From Gracilinanus agilis (lineage: Eukaryota), in NCBI RefSeq assembly GCF_016433145.1, contig NC_058133.1, positions 65,853,749 to 65,917,748 of the forward strand: a DNA stretch of 64,000 nucleotides, written 5' to 3'. A program made the translations under genes and the position numbers. Positions 12,160 through 25,130 of this stretch are shown here, piece by piece; position 1 is the first letter of the stretch; each line of letters opens with the position of its first letter. The notes beneath the pieces are model-generated. The model was not told the DNA's origin, ran no database searches, and saw only the letters and a list, made by a program, of their open reading frames with translations.

Positions 12160-12340
12160 GATTCTCTTCAACATTCCTGTGACTTCCCAAATCAAAACAT
12201 CTCTCTCTGGAAAATACTTCCTTAAATGTGCTGTTTTTTTGCTATTGGAATGTAAGTTCCTTGAGGAAGTCTGGGACTGTCCTTTTTATATTCGTATCCC
12301 AGCTCTCAGCTCAGTGCTTTGCATAAAGTAAGCATTTAAT
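12160..12340 (+). mobile_element. L2 3' end
   Basis: gaatgtaagttccttgagg...gtatcccagc...cagtgctttgcataaagtaagcatttaat resembles the L2 terminus. Confidence 0.75.
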
Positions 12341-12559
12341 CATTTTTTCAATTATATATTCAGTATGAAATTAAATAATGATAAATTTTGGTTATGAAAA
12401 TCAATTTCACAATAACAAAATGAAGAGGCATGAAGATGCAGAAGATTATCTGAAAAGCACGAGTGTTTTAGTGGTCTGAAGGCTTGATATGAGTAAGCAA
12501 TGTGAAGTGATGGTTAACAAAGCTATGGTGATTTGGACTTCATTAAGAGAGCTTTAGCT

Positions 12560-12715
12560 GGAGATAGCTAGGTGGCTTAATGGAAAGAAAGCCAAATCTG
12601 GAGTTTGGAGGTCCTGGGTTCAAATGTGACCTCAGATATTCCCTAGCTGTGTGACCTTGGGCAAATTGCTTAACTCCCATTACCTTGCCCTTACCGCCTT
12701 TTGGTTTTGGAACCA
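12560..12715 (+). mobile_element. Older SINE1/MAR1-like SINE
   Basis: agctaggtggc...gaggtcctgggttcaaatgtgacctcaga...gcccttacc. Confidence 0.75.
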
Positions 12716-12721
12716 AAGGTT

Positions 12722-12723
12722 TC

Positions 12724-12754
<31 letters not shown>

Positions 12755-12803
12755 TAGGCAGACACAGTGACAAAGACAGAGACACAGACAGAAAGAGACA
12801 GAG
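12722..12803. repeat. (CAGA)n degenerate microsatellite
   Basis: Directly visible. Confidence 0.9.
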
Positions 12804-14469
12804 ATTTAGCTTACAGAAATAGGAAAAGTATATATTGAAAGTGCTGTTCCCTTTTCACCTCATCTAAAGTATTGTATTTTGGTATATCACTATTCAAAAG
12901 GACACCGATGAGCTGGAATTTGTGCAGAGGAGTACAATCAGAATTGTGAAGGGTTTTGAGTCTACTGGAGGATTGGTTGATGGAATGGTACATGTTTTCC
13001 TGTAGAAGGAAAAGTTCAAGAGAAATAATTATGTTTAAGTATTTAAAAGTTTGTTTTGTGTAAGAAGGGTTGTTTTCTTTGGCCAGAAAGCAGAAGCAGG
13101 AGTAATATATAGAAACTGCAAAGAGATAAATTTAGGCTTGATGCCAAGAAAAATTTCCCCAACAATTAAGGCTGGGCAAAATGTGGAATGGCCTAAGGAG
13201 TTATCAAGTACTCCCTTGGAGATCTTCAGAGAATGGATAATTATTTATGTCAGGTATGTTACAAAAGAGATTCATTAGTCCAAGAGATACATTAATTGAT
13301 TGTTTAAGGACTTTCCAACACTAAAATTGTATTACTTTGTAATTTTCTGAAATGGAAGGAAAATCTGCAACTTTCCTATCTATTCTAATTAGTTAACCAT
13401 GTCTTTCTTCTATAAGAATTCTTGGCCTAGATGTTTATTCTTAACCTAATGAAGAAGATTTTTTTTTGGTGGTTTTTTTTTCTTATTTTGGTCAAATGGT
13501 ACCATGGTGAATTGTTGCATCTCTTTGCAGAGATCTATTTAGAGCCTTTTGTTGTAAGAATAGTAATGATTGCCACAAAATATGAGTGGCATAGAAATTT
13601 AAGTGAATTTTCTTTTCAGACTATAATCTTCTTTTCTAAAATGGGGGTTATCCTAACTTATAAAAGTAATCTGACCATCCTAAATTCAACTTTTTTTTTT
13701 GTTGTCTAACTTCAGAGCAGATGGAAAAAATCATGAAAGTGACAAAACTGTGTTTCATTTTTAACATTCCAAGGTATTCTCAAATACCATGTTTTGTTTA
13801 AAAATCCCAATAATCTTTTGAGGTGGATGGGGTAGGATCTACCACCTTGAAAGAATTTTAAATCTAGATTTTAAAATATTTGTTGTCTCATTTGAACTGT
13901 TAAAATGTTTTCTTCTTGAAAGGAATTAGATCATCTTTAGCGAGCAGTTCTCTAAAAATTCTTTAAAAATGAATTGAAAAAATTGTAACTTGCTAGATTG
14001 TTTGCTGAAGGAAATGAATATTTTTTAAAAATTGAAATGACTAAAAGCTCACTTAGCAGCTAGAGAGCTGAGTTCTAATGCTTTTTTCTTTTTAGAGAGT
14101 AGGCAGTTACTTCTGATAAAAAAAAAAGACAGTCATTGAGTTCCATACTTTTGGTGTGTACACGAGTGACTTACTCTTTCACTATTTGTATCACGTGAAT
14201 TGAAAAACCAGAAGAATAAGAGAAGTTGCTTTTTACTGTTGGAAATTGACTCAGAGGCAGATTTAAAACTGGAATGGACCTTACTGGACATCTAATCCAT
14301 CTCACTCCAATTTATAGATATGAAAACTGAGGCCCTTTTAATTTAATGATGTACCTAAGGACATATTGTAAGTGACATGCCCAGGACTTTGGTAGAGATC
14401 TCTTGCTTCAATCCCAGCCCTCTTTTTAACTTTATAGAACTTCCTCACTTTTTCCTCCTTGGTGGCTTC

Positions 14470-14800
14470 TTTGTTGTGTCAGTCAATAACATTTATTAAA
14501 TACTTATTATGTTCCAGGCACTATGTTAAGTTCCAAGAGACTTAGAAGATACTAAAAAACTAAGGACTGCTGCTTGATCAGGAAAGCCCTTGTCAGCCAC
14601 CATCTTATATTCACTTTGTACTTCTTTACTTCTCCCCACATCACGCTCCCTAATAAATAAATCTTCCTTGCCCCACCTTGCAGCTTCTCTGCTTCCTCTC
14701 TTTCTTTTTTTTTTCTATTGATACCCCCCAGTGCTTATTATTTCTATTCCTGGCACCTAGTAGGTGTTTCACAAAATACTTACTGACTTTTTATTATCTT
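14470..14800. mobile_element. Two L2 3'-end fragments in opposite orientations
   Basis: gtcaataacatttattaaatacttattatgttccaggcactatg (-) and cctggcacctagtaggtgtttcacaaaatact (+). Confidence 0.65.
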
Positions 14801-17126
14801 CTCATAACACATTTCCTAACTAAAATTCATGAAGAGATTGCAAACATTAACACTGCCTTTACACATGGATAAGAAAGGGTAGGTGACTGGATTTGCATCA
14901 TATAAATGATTCACTGATAAACATTCAAAAAACACAGTTTATATTTCATTGCCAGAATCATAAACATATAATTATGATTCAGGTATTTTTACAATCATGA
15001 TGATTGCCCTGTTTGAGTGGTATATTATCATTGAGTCATAAAATAAGCCATATATGTGTAATAGTACATGTATGTATAATAGTATGGCTAATAATAAATC
15101 TTTTGTTCTATGATTCATAAGTTGTTACTGAATAATGAAAGTAACATTAGGCAAAGGACAGAGTACTACTATTGAGGTGGAAAAAATTAGTATCGAATTA
15201 GTGTTGGAATATATGACTGTGATCTGATTGGGTCAGACAAAAAAAACTAATTCTGATTACTATTGACTTGTTAGATAATATTCATGGATAAAATAAATTT
15301 GAAATGGATATAGAAGCTATGTATCTATTTTAGAGAAGGGAAGTAGGATAAATAAGAAATAAAGGAAGGAAAATAAATAAAATAAAGGATAGAGCTGAGC
15401 AAGCAAAGTCAATTGTTCTTTAAGCAAAGGGACTTGAAAACAGATTGGGGACTCCTGCTACAGCTTATTTTTGTATGAGCTATTTCCCTAATGAGGTGAG
15501 TGGCGGAAGGACTGATCGGCAATAACTTTGAATGTCTGTGTTTTGTTTCTCTTCCTGTGTGAATCATAAGGGCAAGAATTGGGACTTGTGCCCTAAATTG
15601 AGAGCAGACCTCCTTATATTTATATGTGGTGTCATATTACATGCTCTTTTACTGCCTAGGAGCATTTTAAACTAACATTTTAATTTTCATGCTCCTGCAA
15701 CATTTCCAGGAACACCAACAAATTGACACTTGGGATTCACACAAATTGCTTTGTGGTTCAATGGCTTCTAAATTCTGAACTTATTAGCCCTCTTCCATTT
15801 TTTTTGTTCTCCTTAAGGAGAATTTTTCCAGCATATGCTATTCTTTTTCTGGTCTACTGAGAAGTGAAATATGATTACCTCTGCATTTCTTTCCAGTCTA
15901 CTGTATTTGTAGAACAAATTATAGTACAATGTCTTCTCACTTCTGGATAAATTGTTCCAACATAAAAACAACTTAAAATTTTCTGTCTTTTGGTGTTTAT
16001 AAATTTTTGTTTTTAAGCCTCCAATATCAAGGAAAGTAACTTGCAGGCAGGGCTTATTTATCTATATTTTCCAAGATTTTGTAATTAGTGTTATCATTTC
16101 TTAACTCATTAAAGGCCCAGTATTAATTAGTCTGGAATTCTCAAACAGATAGTTTATGAATAAATATGTACTGTTGTTAATATTTTGTATTTTAAAAATA
16201 TTCTTCTGTTACAATCCATTTCTTAAATATTGTTAATGAAATGCCTAGTGTTTTTCTATAGTCTACTCTTTGTTACTTTTTTCAGTTTGGTTATTTCTTT
16301 TTATATGTATAACTTATATTTGTGTGGGTATTCAAAAGAAGAGATTTTCCAACAACTTAGTATATTGTATGGAACATAATTAAGAAAACAATTATTTTCA
16401 CTGGATACATAGGTTGGTCCTGAAATCCTAAGACAATTAGGTTGGTGTAAGCACTCCACAGGCATTTTTAAAAAATGAAGAGGAGAAAGTTCATGTCTAG
16501 TGAGTGCACCCTCGATAGTTTTAGGTAATGAAGTAATTCCAGCAAAAAATAACTTCCAGTATTCTAGAGTTAGCTCTCAGTGGTAAAATACTTCTAAAAG
16601 AGCCTGACAGTTAAAAATTGGAGGTCAGTTTATATGGAACATATAAAGGAAGTTCAGGGATTTGAAAGAAAGAAAATGTTGGAGGTAGGCTTTCTGTGGC
16701 TGTTTCTGTGAAAGAAGTCAGGTTTAAATAAATTTAAAATAAAAGACAAGTACATTCTTATTATTTCTGGAAACTGGGATTTTAAATGGTTATTGACATA
16801 CACTTTTTTCTCTTGTAGTGATCTGCTAAAGCTTTTTTAAAAGCCTTCACTTGACCACTCTATGCTATTCAGCTTCATTCTGTCTCACCTCCCATTAATA
16901 GTCAAACTCCTAGAAAATGATCACTACACTTCTTGGCTCCATTTTCTCACCTTTCACTCATATCTTTAACTCTTTGCCAGTTTCTCAATAAACATTTAGT
17001 AATTACTTATTACTGTGTGGTAGACACTTTGTTAAGAGCTGGGGATACAAGAAAAAGCAAAAGAAAATTCTTGCTCTTAAGAAGCTCTCAGCCTAAATGG
17101 GAGAGACAACATGAAAAATATTTTAA

Positions 17127-17262
17127 TAATCTATCTATGTCTGTCTATCTATCTATTTATCTATCTATCTGACTTTCTGTCTGTCTGTCTATATGTATAT
17201 GCATGCTTATATATGCCCTATAGCTATATGTTATAGCTATAAGATATATATATATATATATA
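17127..17262. repeat. (CTAT)n, (CTGT)n and (AT)n microsatellite cluster
   Basis: Directly visible. Confidence 0.9.
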
Positions 17263-17344
17263 TGATAAGTTAGATATTATTAATAGAGGTAAGGCACTAT
17301 TGAAGTTGTACTTAGAAGCAATTGGTGGTTCTTATGAGACCAGA

Positions 17345-17600
17345 AGGGCAGTGTCAAGCTTTAGAAATGGGGAAAAAAATCAAAGAATGTGCAGCAAAGA
17401 CTCATCAACACTAATGTGATATCAGTGGGGAGCCAGCCTGGGGAAAGAAATGCAATGATGCCAGCAGAAGCCATCAGTGAGGCCTGAACCAGAATAAAAT
17501 GGAATTGGGAACATTTTAACAAAATAAATAAAAGTAAAATACAAATAGATAGTGTTGATCTTGGTTTTCCAGGTAAATATCCTCTTAGGTTTGAATTTGA
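17345..17600. mobile_element. Old hAT/Charlie-like MITE relic (same family as 30200-30355 and 59860-60065)
   Basis: Shared internal block ...taaaatg.aattggga...aacaaaataaataaaa...tagata.tgtt.at.t.ggtttt and tgtcaa / tttgaca termini. Confidence 0.55.
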
Positions 17601-17604
17601 CATA

Positions 17605-18040
17605 TTTAATGCAAATTGTCATTAAAAAAACCCTTTCCCATCTGCCTATAACTTTGTTTTCAAACTTATTGTGTATACCTTCCCTTCACATGGTTTTTAG
17701 GCTTGTCAGTCATCTTCCTGCTGTTCCTCATAACACGATATTGCATCTCACATTGCTAGAATACACTTACTCCATTCTCAGGTCCCCTCTTAGAATTCCT
17801 AAAGCTCAGCTACATGCTGTTTCCCCCATGAGTCCTTTTCTGATAACCTCAACTGTGAGAGCCCTTGCTAGCCCTTACCCTGTCTTGATTTTAGATATAT
17901 TTATCTATGTATGGATTATTTCCTTCTTTAGATTTTAAGTTCCTTAAGGACGGGGATCATTCCATTTATTCTTGTATTTCTAGAACCTAGCATGGCTTCT
18001 AAAGCACAGAAGGTGCTTAAACGTTTATTGGTTGATTTAT
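17605..18040 (+). mobile_element. L2 3' region
   Basis: Ends in tagattttaagttccttaaggacgggga...ctagcatggcttctaaagcacagaaggtgcttaaa, an L2 terminus. Confidence 0.7.
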
Positions 18041-18519
18041 TGGTCATCAACCAGGTATAAGGTATATCTAGGCTATATGTCTGCTGATTTTGTACAGATT
18101 TCCACTAGAAAGAGAAAGAAGGAACTCCTAAAGGTATCAGAATCATTCAAGATTCTTTTGACTGTATTCAGACAAGTATGTCATTGATTTGAATTATCTG
18201 GATAATTATCAAAACCGTTCACTTTGGTTTTTTAGAGAAGAAATATTTTCATTCTTTCCAATAAAAATGATAATCTTTTGGCAGTTTTTATGGTGATCAA
18301 GATTGTCATAGATATTTTTGAATGTCCATTTTGTAGCCTGCCTTTTCAGTAATTTTCTTTGCTATTTGAAGTTATTACTATTACCCCTCAAATAGCAGTT
18401 ATTCTTTTTTATTTTCTGTTTATTTAATTTATTTAATACATTTATTTAATTTACTTAATAAAAACCATTCTGTAGTGACTAATAAGATCTGGAGATTTCC
18501 TTGATGATTCATTACTTTC

Positions 18520-19200
18520 CCCTACTAATAAAGTGTTTTTTTTATTTTAAAGAATATATTTTTCTGGATGCCTTTTTTCATAGCATATTCATTTTCATCT
18601 ATAACCTTTAATTTCTAGCAAGTCATCTGCAGTAACAAAGATTTTAAAAGAAAGAGAAAAAAATAAGCGCCAGCAAAACTACTTAGCACATCTGCTATGT
18701 CTCCCAGTCTATCACATATCCCATACCCATAATCCCCTAGCTTTATATCAAACAATTACAGGTAGATTTTATCTACTGCTCTCTGAGGCCAAGCTTGGTC
18801 ATTAAAGTCATATGAGATTAGATTTTTTCCCATTTTTACCTTTTTTTTTACATCATGATTGTGTATAACTTTTTCTGTTGTACTTATTTTGCTTTGTATA
18901 AATCTTCTCAGCTTTTTCTTGATTAATATTTTATACTATTTTTCTATTTTTATTGTTATGATGAAGTAACATTCTATTATTTTCATAGGGTTTTCAGAAA
19001 TTTCAATTTGTTTAGCTCTTCCCCAATTAGTTAAGAATGGTTTTATTTCCATCTTTTTGCTACCACAAAATGTGCTGAAGTGATTATTTTGGTGCAGATG
19101 GGGCTTTTCCTTGTGTCTTTGATCCCCTTGGAGGTAAATGCCTAACAGTGGGACTTCAAGGTCAAAGGGTATGGACATTTAATACTCTAAAAATTATCTC
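18520..19200 (-). mobile_element. Old L1 3' end (ORF2 C-terminus plus 3'UTR)
   Basis: Minus ORF MSIPFDLEVPLLGIY resembles L1 ORF2 IPFDPAIPLLGIYP. It ends about 100 bp upstream of the 19296 exon. Confidence 0.8.
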
Positions 19201-19295
19201 CAAATTCACAGTAAGGAAGACAATGCAATGCTTTCATGTTCCTTTTTTATAGCATGCTTTAAAATAATTTATATCTGTATTCATCTTTCTTGTAG

Positions 19296-19382
19296 CTTGC
19301 AAACTTTCCAAGACTTTGTGAAGAAACAGAAAGGATTGTTGCGAACCACATTCGTGAAAGAGAAGGAAAGACAAAGGATCAG
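19296..19382 (+). CDS. DNM3: Dynamin-3 coding exon (87 nt, phase 0/0), [29 protein letters not shown], middle/stalk domain
   Basis: Acceptor tcatctttcttgtag|CTT and donor CAG|gtgaga. The translation matches dynamin-3 as I recall it ([10 protein letters not shown]...VANHIRE is DNM3-type, not DNM1/2-type). Confidence 0.97.
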
Positions 19383-19535
19383 GTGAGAATTTTTTTAAGT
19401 TGATGGATTGTGAATTAATAAATGAAGCAGACAGGGTTCTTTAGGAGAGGTTCTAGGAAATTATTTCCACATTTCCTCCTTTAAAATGTTTTATATTTTT
19501 AGAGAATCACCATGAGTGTGTACATCAAATATTTT

Positions 19536-19734
19536 GTTGTTGTTGTTGTTTTTTTTTAAACGCTTGTACTTCGGTGTATTGTCTTATAGATGGAAGATTG
19601 GTAAGGGTGGGCAATGGGGGTCAAGTGACTTGCCCAGGGTCACATAGCTGGGAAGTGGCTGAGGCCGGGTTTGAACCTAGGACCTCCTGTCTCTAGGCCT
19701 GACTCTCACTCCTCTGAGCTACCCAGCTGCCCCC
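19536..19734 (-). mobile_element. Young SINE1_Mdo-type SINE with perfect 15-bp TSD and (AAC)n-converted tail
   Basis: TSD tacatcaaatatttt at 19521-19535 and 19735-19749. Confidence 0.95.
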
Positions 19735-19919
19735 TACATCAAATATTTTTGAATTAGAGGATGTTTGTTAGTCCTATAATTGCTAATATCCAAATGAGAA
19801 GAGAGTCCTTTTTTGTGAGGTCAGTGAGGGAAAATAATTAACCAGAGATCTCATAATTTATTTTAAGACCTTACCTAATATTGGCTTTATCTTTTTAGGG
19901 AGAACTATAAAATATATAT

Positions 19920-20140
19920 CTAGATGGCACAGTGGATAGAGTGCCAGGCCTAAAGTCAGAGAGACTTATCTTTCTGAGTTCATAACTGTATGAACCTGGG
20001 CAAATCATTTAGTCCCATTTGCCTCAGTTTCCTCATGTGGAGAAGGAAATGACTAACTACTCTTCAATATTTGCCAAGAAAACCCCAAATGGGGTTACAA
20101 AGAGTTGGACATAACTGAGAAAACAATTTAATAACAACAT
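19920..20140 (+). mobile_element. MAR1-type SINE
   Basis: Head, CORE and RTE-like tail (tttgccaagaaaaccccaaatggggttacaaagagttggacataactga). Confidence 0.85.
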
Positions 20141-20244
20141 TAAGTGTAATGTTTACTTAATTATTAAATTAAGAGAAGGAAACAACAAACTTTTTCATTA
20201 GATTCAAAATGGAAGTATATACTTTAATTCTATCTAATGGCTAT

Positions 20245-20415
20245 GACCATGGTATAGTAGAAAGAGTATTTGGAAGGCAGGGGACCTGGAACCTGTTACT
20301 AACTAGCTATCTGAATTTGGGCAAGTCACAACCTCTTTTTTAGATCTCAATTTCCTTATCTGTAAAATGAGGGAATTGTAATAAAGGATCTCTAAGGCCT
20401 CATCTAGTTCTAAAA
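20245..20415 (+). mobile_element. MIR-type CORE-SINE
   Basis: gggcaagtcacaacctct...ctcaatttccttatctgtaaaatgaggg...gatctctaaggcctc. Confidence 0.75.
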
Positions 20416-21796
20416 GTCTACTGTTTCTAGTATCTAAGTATCCTGATTTCAAGGTGAAGATAGAAAGAGAAGTGAGAAAAGGCCAGGAGGGCCAGAAGGA
20501 TTAAAAAAATTGAGAGGAAAAGATAAAGACAGAAATATCTACCAAATTAGAGAAATGGTAGGAGATGATGGGGATAATAATAAATCACAGACCTGTCTAT
20601 ATAATCTCACGTAATCTAGATTACAAAGTGCTTTATGGTTTCCATAATCAACTTTGTAAGGCAGGTAATAGTATTATCACTGTTTTATAGATAAGGGAAC
20701 TGTGTGATTTGATAGTTAATAAGGAAGTATCAGTCATACAGTTGGGAAGTATGGAAGCTGGAACTTAAGTAAGGATAAATACTTCAAGGGCATTGCTCCC
20801 TCCACTGTTGTTCTGACTCTCTTTCCATAAAATGCAGAGAATTTAAGGTTAGAGATTTTCCAGTAACATTATCATTTATCCTTGCCCTTTGAAATGAAAA
20901 TTTTCATTAACTTATTTTCACTCTTAATAATTCCTCCTTTTAAAGCTTTGCATCACCTCCTTGAGATGGGGAATTATTCTCTGAAAGGTGGTTGATGTTA
21001 GCTGGGACAATATTAGCCCTCTTGGCTTGATGAACTAACCAAATATTCAAATACCTACATAGATGTAGGGAATCCTAGGATTTCTCAGGATTAAAACATT
21101 AACCTGTGACAAGTATAATTTTTCTACTTTTTTCCTACCCTTTGGTTCATATTAATGTTTATGAACACCTGAGACATTCATGACAAGAATTCAAGAATCA
21201 GGAGAGCTATTTAAATGTTATGTTTCTTCTGGTGATGCCACTTCAGTACATGAGTACACACATTAGAGGTCCTTTGTGTACTTAGGTAAGAGTCACAAGA
21301 TACTTTTCTCTCTCAAAGCATACTGGTTCTTACCATTCCTCTAATTTGCTATGGGTACCTTTTCCCATTTCTCAGGATTCTCTCCATGAGAAGAGCTCTG
21401 ATTTAGAATGCCTTGGAGACAAACCGTCTCCCTCCTTAAAAGCAATTGATAACCCAGCATCCCTCTCATTTCTTCCTGAGTGTGCTGTCTCCTCCTAATT
21501 GAATCTCAGCTTAGAACCATTCTACGTCTCTGAACCACAGTTCAGATCTGAAATTATGGTTTGAAGTTTAAGGTTTATTGGTATGTGTATGTATAAACAC
21601 ATACTTATTTATTTCTGTGGATCATGTATTTGTCCATATGGATCTCTATCATGGTTGTGCATGTGCTCACATGGTGTATCTAGGTGATCACAAGGGCATA
21701 AGTACTGAAAGGTAATCCCAGACGTGAACCTGCTTGGTGCAACCAATATCTGTTGATCGAAGTGGAACTGAGTGAGACCACAGCTGAGATTCCCAT

Positions 21797-21800
<4 letters not shown>

Positions 21801-21840
<40 letters not shown>
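21801..21840. repeat. (GT)20 microsatellite
   Basis: Directly visible. Confidence 1.
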
Positions 21841-21842
<2 letters not shown>

Positions 21843-22836
21843 CCTTGTATGTGGGGCATGTACATGGATCTACACATATATGTAGGGATTTATATATACA
21901 CACGTATACCATAGGCTCATGAATTTCAACTGTGCTCTTGCTCAGTTCCTTGTTATGCTTTCTAGCCCCAATAATGATCTGCTCAGGGGATACCCTTAAG
22001 CACTTTTGCCCTTGTGATCTGTGGTAAGATTCATGAACAAAATGGCTTTATACTTGGATTCACAGGGAATGGTGAGGGGAGGAAGGCATTTAATGATCTC
22101 GGGTAGGTCCTTCAGGTACTCCTCTTATCCACTGATGTTTGTTTAGTGACTCGCTTTATGTGAAGTTGTAAAGGAAGGAGGTTTAAGATAACTGAGAGTA
22201 GCAATCTGTTTGCTAGGTTATCTTTTGGAGATAAAGTCCCAGGAAACCCTTTCATCCATTCTTGGTATTAGACTTTTCTCCTGGAAGAGTTTTTCAACAC
22301 ATGTGTCTGCAATTTATTACCACTTTTTAAAATTACCATTTTTTGCAATTATTTATTACCACTTTTTGTTTTTATCATTATGAGTTTAGTTTAGATTTTT
22401 AGATTAGAAGACACTTATAATGCTTATCCTAGAAATTGTAATGCTATTATCTTTATTCTTGCCAACCTGTCTTGGGCAACTTTCATCCATGTCCTTTCAA
22501 AAATATGCCACAGGTGGTACCCCATATGTGTGAATAGGCCTTCCTCACATTTACTTTATACTAAGTTGACACCAGTGGAGTCCTTTGAATACAAGTTCCT
22601 TTGAATACAAGATAACCACATTTTGGTTTTGAGATGGCTTAAGGAAATGAAAGAAAGGAAAGTGAGTTTCACAGAAAAAAAAATTGAAAGGGGATAGTGA
22701 TTCCTCTAACGGTTAGGAATTTGTACTAAGGGATTTTAAAGTCTAGTACTGACTTTTAAAGCTCTGGAGCATTTTAAAAATTGGCTTTCATGAAGGACTA
22801 TGTTCAAAAATTCTTCTGTTTTTCTTTGGCTTTTAG

Positions 22837-22907
22837 GTACTGTTGCTGATTGACATTCAGGTATCCTATATTAACACCAACCATGAAGACTTCATTGGCT
22901 TTGCAAA
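22837..22907 (+). CDS. DNM3: Dynamin-3 coding exon (71 nt, phase 0/2), VLLLIDIQVSYINTNHEDFIGFA(N)
   Basis: Acceptor tttctttggcttttag|GTA and donor AA|gtacgt. Contains the dynamin-family YINTNHEDFIGF motif, in frame with the previous exon. Confidence 0.97.
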
Positions 22908-23059
22908 GTACGTGAATTGATGTGTGTTTTGGTTTTTTTGTGGGATGTGTGTGTGTCTAGAAAAAATAAGAATTTCTTATATACTTACATTAACCTCATC
23001 AAAATGTTTTGAAATATTCAATCACGTATTCTCTTAAGTGGAGAGCATGACTGGTCAAA

Positions 23060-25130
23060 ACAAATTCTCATCCTGACATCTACTTAAAAATTATTTATAG
23101 CTTTAGTTTTTACATCTCTGGAATTTCCCAATATCTCTCCTTTCCAAAGAGTAGGTTTTATAGCAAAGAAATAAAACCAGTTAAACAAATTTAATGGATG
23201 AATTAGCTAATGCTACCATTAAATACAATGTCCTACACCCATAGAATCCCTCATTACTTTGAAAAGGAGTGAAAAGGGTATTCTCACATCTTTCCTTTCC
23301 TCATTAGAATTTCACTCTATTCATATTTGATTTTCATAACTTTTGTTCTTTCCATTTATATTATAGTACTAGTACATATTGTTTTTCTTGTTATACCTAA
23401 TTTACTTTGTATCAGTTAATGTTTTTTCATGCTTCTCTGAATTCATATTCATTTTTTAAAAGTGTAATAATATTTTATTTTAAAATTTGTTTTGCAGTTC
23501 TCATGGACTTTTGTCTTGTTTCCATTTCTTTGCTTTGAATGTGCTGCTGTGAATATTTTGGTATATGTAGCTCTAACTTTTTATCTTGAAGTTCTTTGAC
23601 TTAGTATTTCTGGGTCAAAGGTTATAGGTATTTTAGTCATTTTCTTAGCATAATTCCAAATTGCTTTCCAGAATGGTTGATCATTTTACAGCTCCACTAA
23701 CATATTAGTGTACTTTCCTTAGTACAATCTTTTCAACAATGATTATTTTCATCTTTGACAATTTCTTGGGAGTGAGTTGAAAATAGAATTTTTTCAATGT
23801 ATATTTCTCTTTTTATTAGTGATTTGGAAATGTCTTTTAAATGGTGATTATAGTTTGTAGCTCTTTTTGAGAACTATTTATCTTTTTTGAGTTCTTATTT
23901 ATTGGGAAATGGCTTTTGTTCCTATATACTTGTTAATTCTTTATACATTTTGGATGTCAAACTCGACAGAAATATTATATTCTAGGATTTTTCCCCAATT
24001 GAATGCTTTCTTTCTTATGTGAAGTATATTGATTTTTTATGCAAAAGCTTTTCACTTTCATGTAATTGAAATAATCTTTTGTTTTGCAAAAGTTTCTACT
24101 TTTAGTTCAAAACAAAATGTCCAGGGGGCAGCTGGTTAGCTCAGTGGAATGAGAGTCAGGCCTAGAGAAGGGAGGTCCTAGGTTCAAGTCTGGCCTCAGC
24201 CACTTCTCAGCTGTGTGACCCTGGGCAAGTCACTTGACCCCCATTGCCTACCCTTACCACTCCTCCGCCTTGGAGCCAATTCACAGTATTGACTCCAAGA
24301 CGGAGGTAAGAGTTTAAAAAAAATTCTCCTCTTCTTATAACTATGAAACTTTTTGCTGTGGTTCTCCTTTAATTTTTAAAATTATGTTATAGTATTTGAT
24401 CTCATATCTGTTTGAGTTTATTGTGAGATGCAGTGTCACATTTTAATATGAATTTAATTTCTGGCTAACTTTTTTCTAGATTTTCTCACTAATTCTTGTT
24501 AAAATGGGAGTTCTCCAAGTAATACATGTCCCCAGGGTTATTGAATACTATTATTGGGGTCAATAATTTTTGATTCTTCCCTATTCAAAGTAATCTCAGT
24601 TACTCTAATTTTTAAAATTTTAAACTAGTTTTAAGTAATGTTGATGACTACTACTTTAATCTTAATGTCATCTGAAACTTCTATTCTACCATTATTCTTC
24701 CTTTATTCATTTTTCTTGTTTTTACAGAGCATTTAAAAAAATGCTCTGTAAATTACTTTGTCTAGTTCTTTAAAATATCCTCCTTGATAGTCATTGGGAT
24801 AATACTGAATTTTTAAATTAATTTAGTTAGTCTCATTTTAATAATATTGGTTTGTCTCAGGCATGAGTTCTAACTAACCTTCCAACTATTTAAGTCATTA
24901 TTTAGGGAGTATTTTGGAATTCCATCTATTCAGGTCCTGAGTGTGTCTTTGCTGATTGATTCCCAGATATTTTATTCATTGTGAAATTATTTTGAAAAGG
25001 CTTTTCCCTTTTATTGTTCCCTCTTGGATTTTGTTGTTGTTAAATAGAAATACTATTATTTTTTGAAGGTTTATTTTATATCCTTCTATTTGGGGGAAGC
25101 GTGGTTATTAATGAAATTTGTTATGAAGCA
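23060..25130 (-). mobile_element. Ancient L1 (3'UTR plus part of ORF2), interrupted by a SINE1
   Basis: L1-like minus-strand blocks (ctgggtcaaaggttataggtattttagtc...ttccaaattgctttccagaatggttg). Confidence 0.7.
24124..24322 (+). mobile_element. SINE1_Mdo-type SINE (long-tail subfamily)
   Basis: Full head plus tail ccttggagccaattcacagtattgactccaagacggaggtaagagttt. Confidence 0.93.

Larger units (their letters stand above)
9430..13270 (+). mobile_element. L3/CR1 LINE ORF2 relic, fragmented and interrupted by SINEs and L2
   Basis: CR1 RT-region DNA, e.g. atcaagaataggtcaagcaagactaatcttatttccttttttgac and gattttagcaatgcttttgataaa; CR1 3' region at 12800-13270. Confidence 0.8.

Noticed and set aside
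17550-17578. Recursive-splice-like ttggttttccag|gtaaat
   Set aside because: Lies inside a MITE relic with a modest tract. AG|GT motifs are common by chance.
1-19295. Possible duplicated, mutually exclusive middle-domain exon (10a/10b as in DNM1 and DNM2)
   Set aside because: No TGLFTPD...KCVD-like coding stretch was found in the unique segments I translated by eye. A tBLASTn would be needed to exclude a very degenerate relic.
22581-22611. 16-bp-period tandem duplication tcctttgaatacaag
   Set aside because: Ordinary slippage duplication; only two units, so not a CRISPR-like array.
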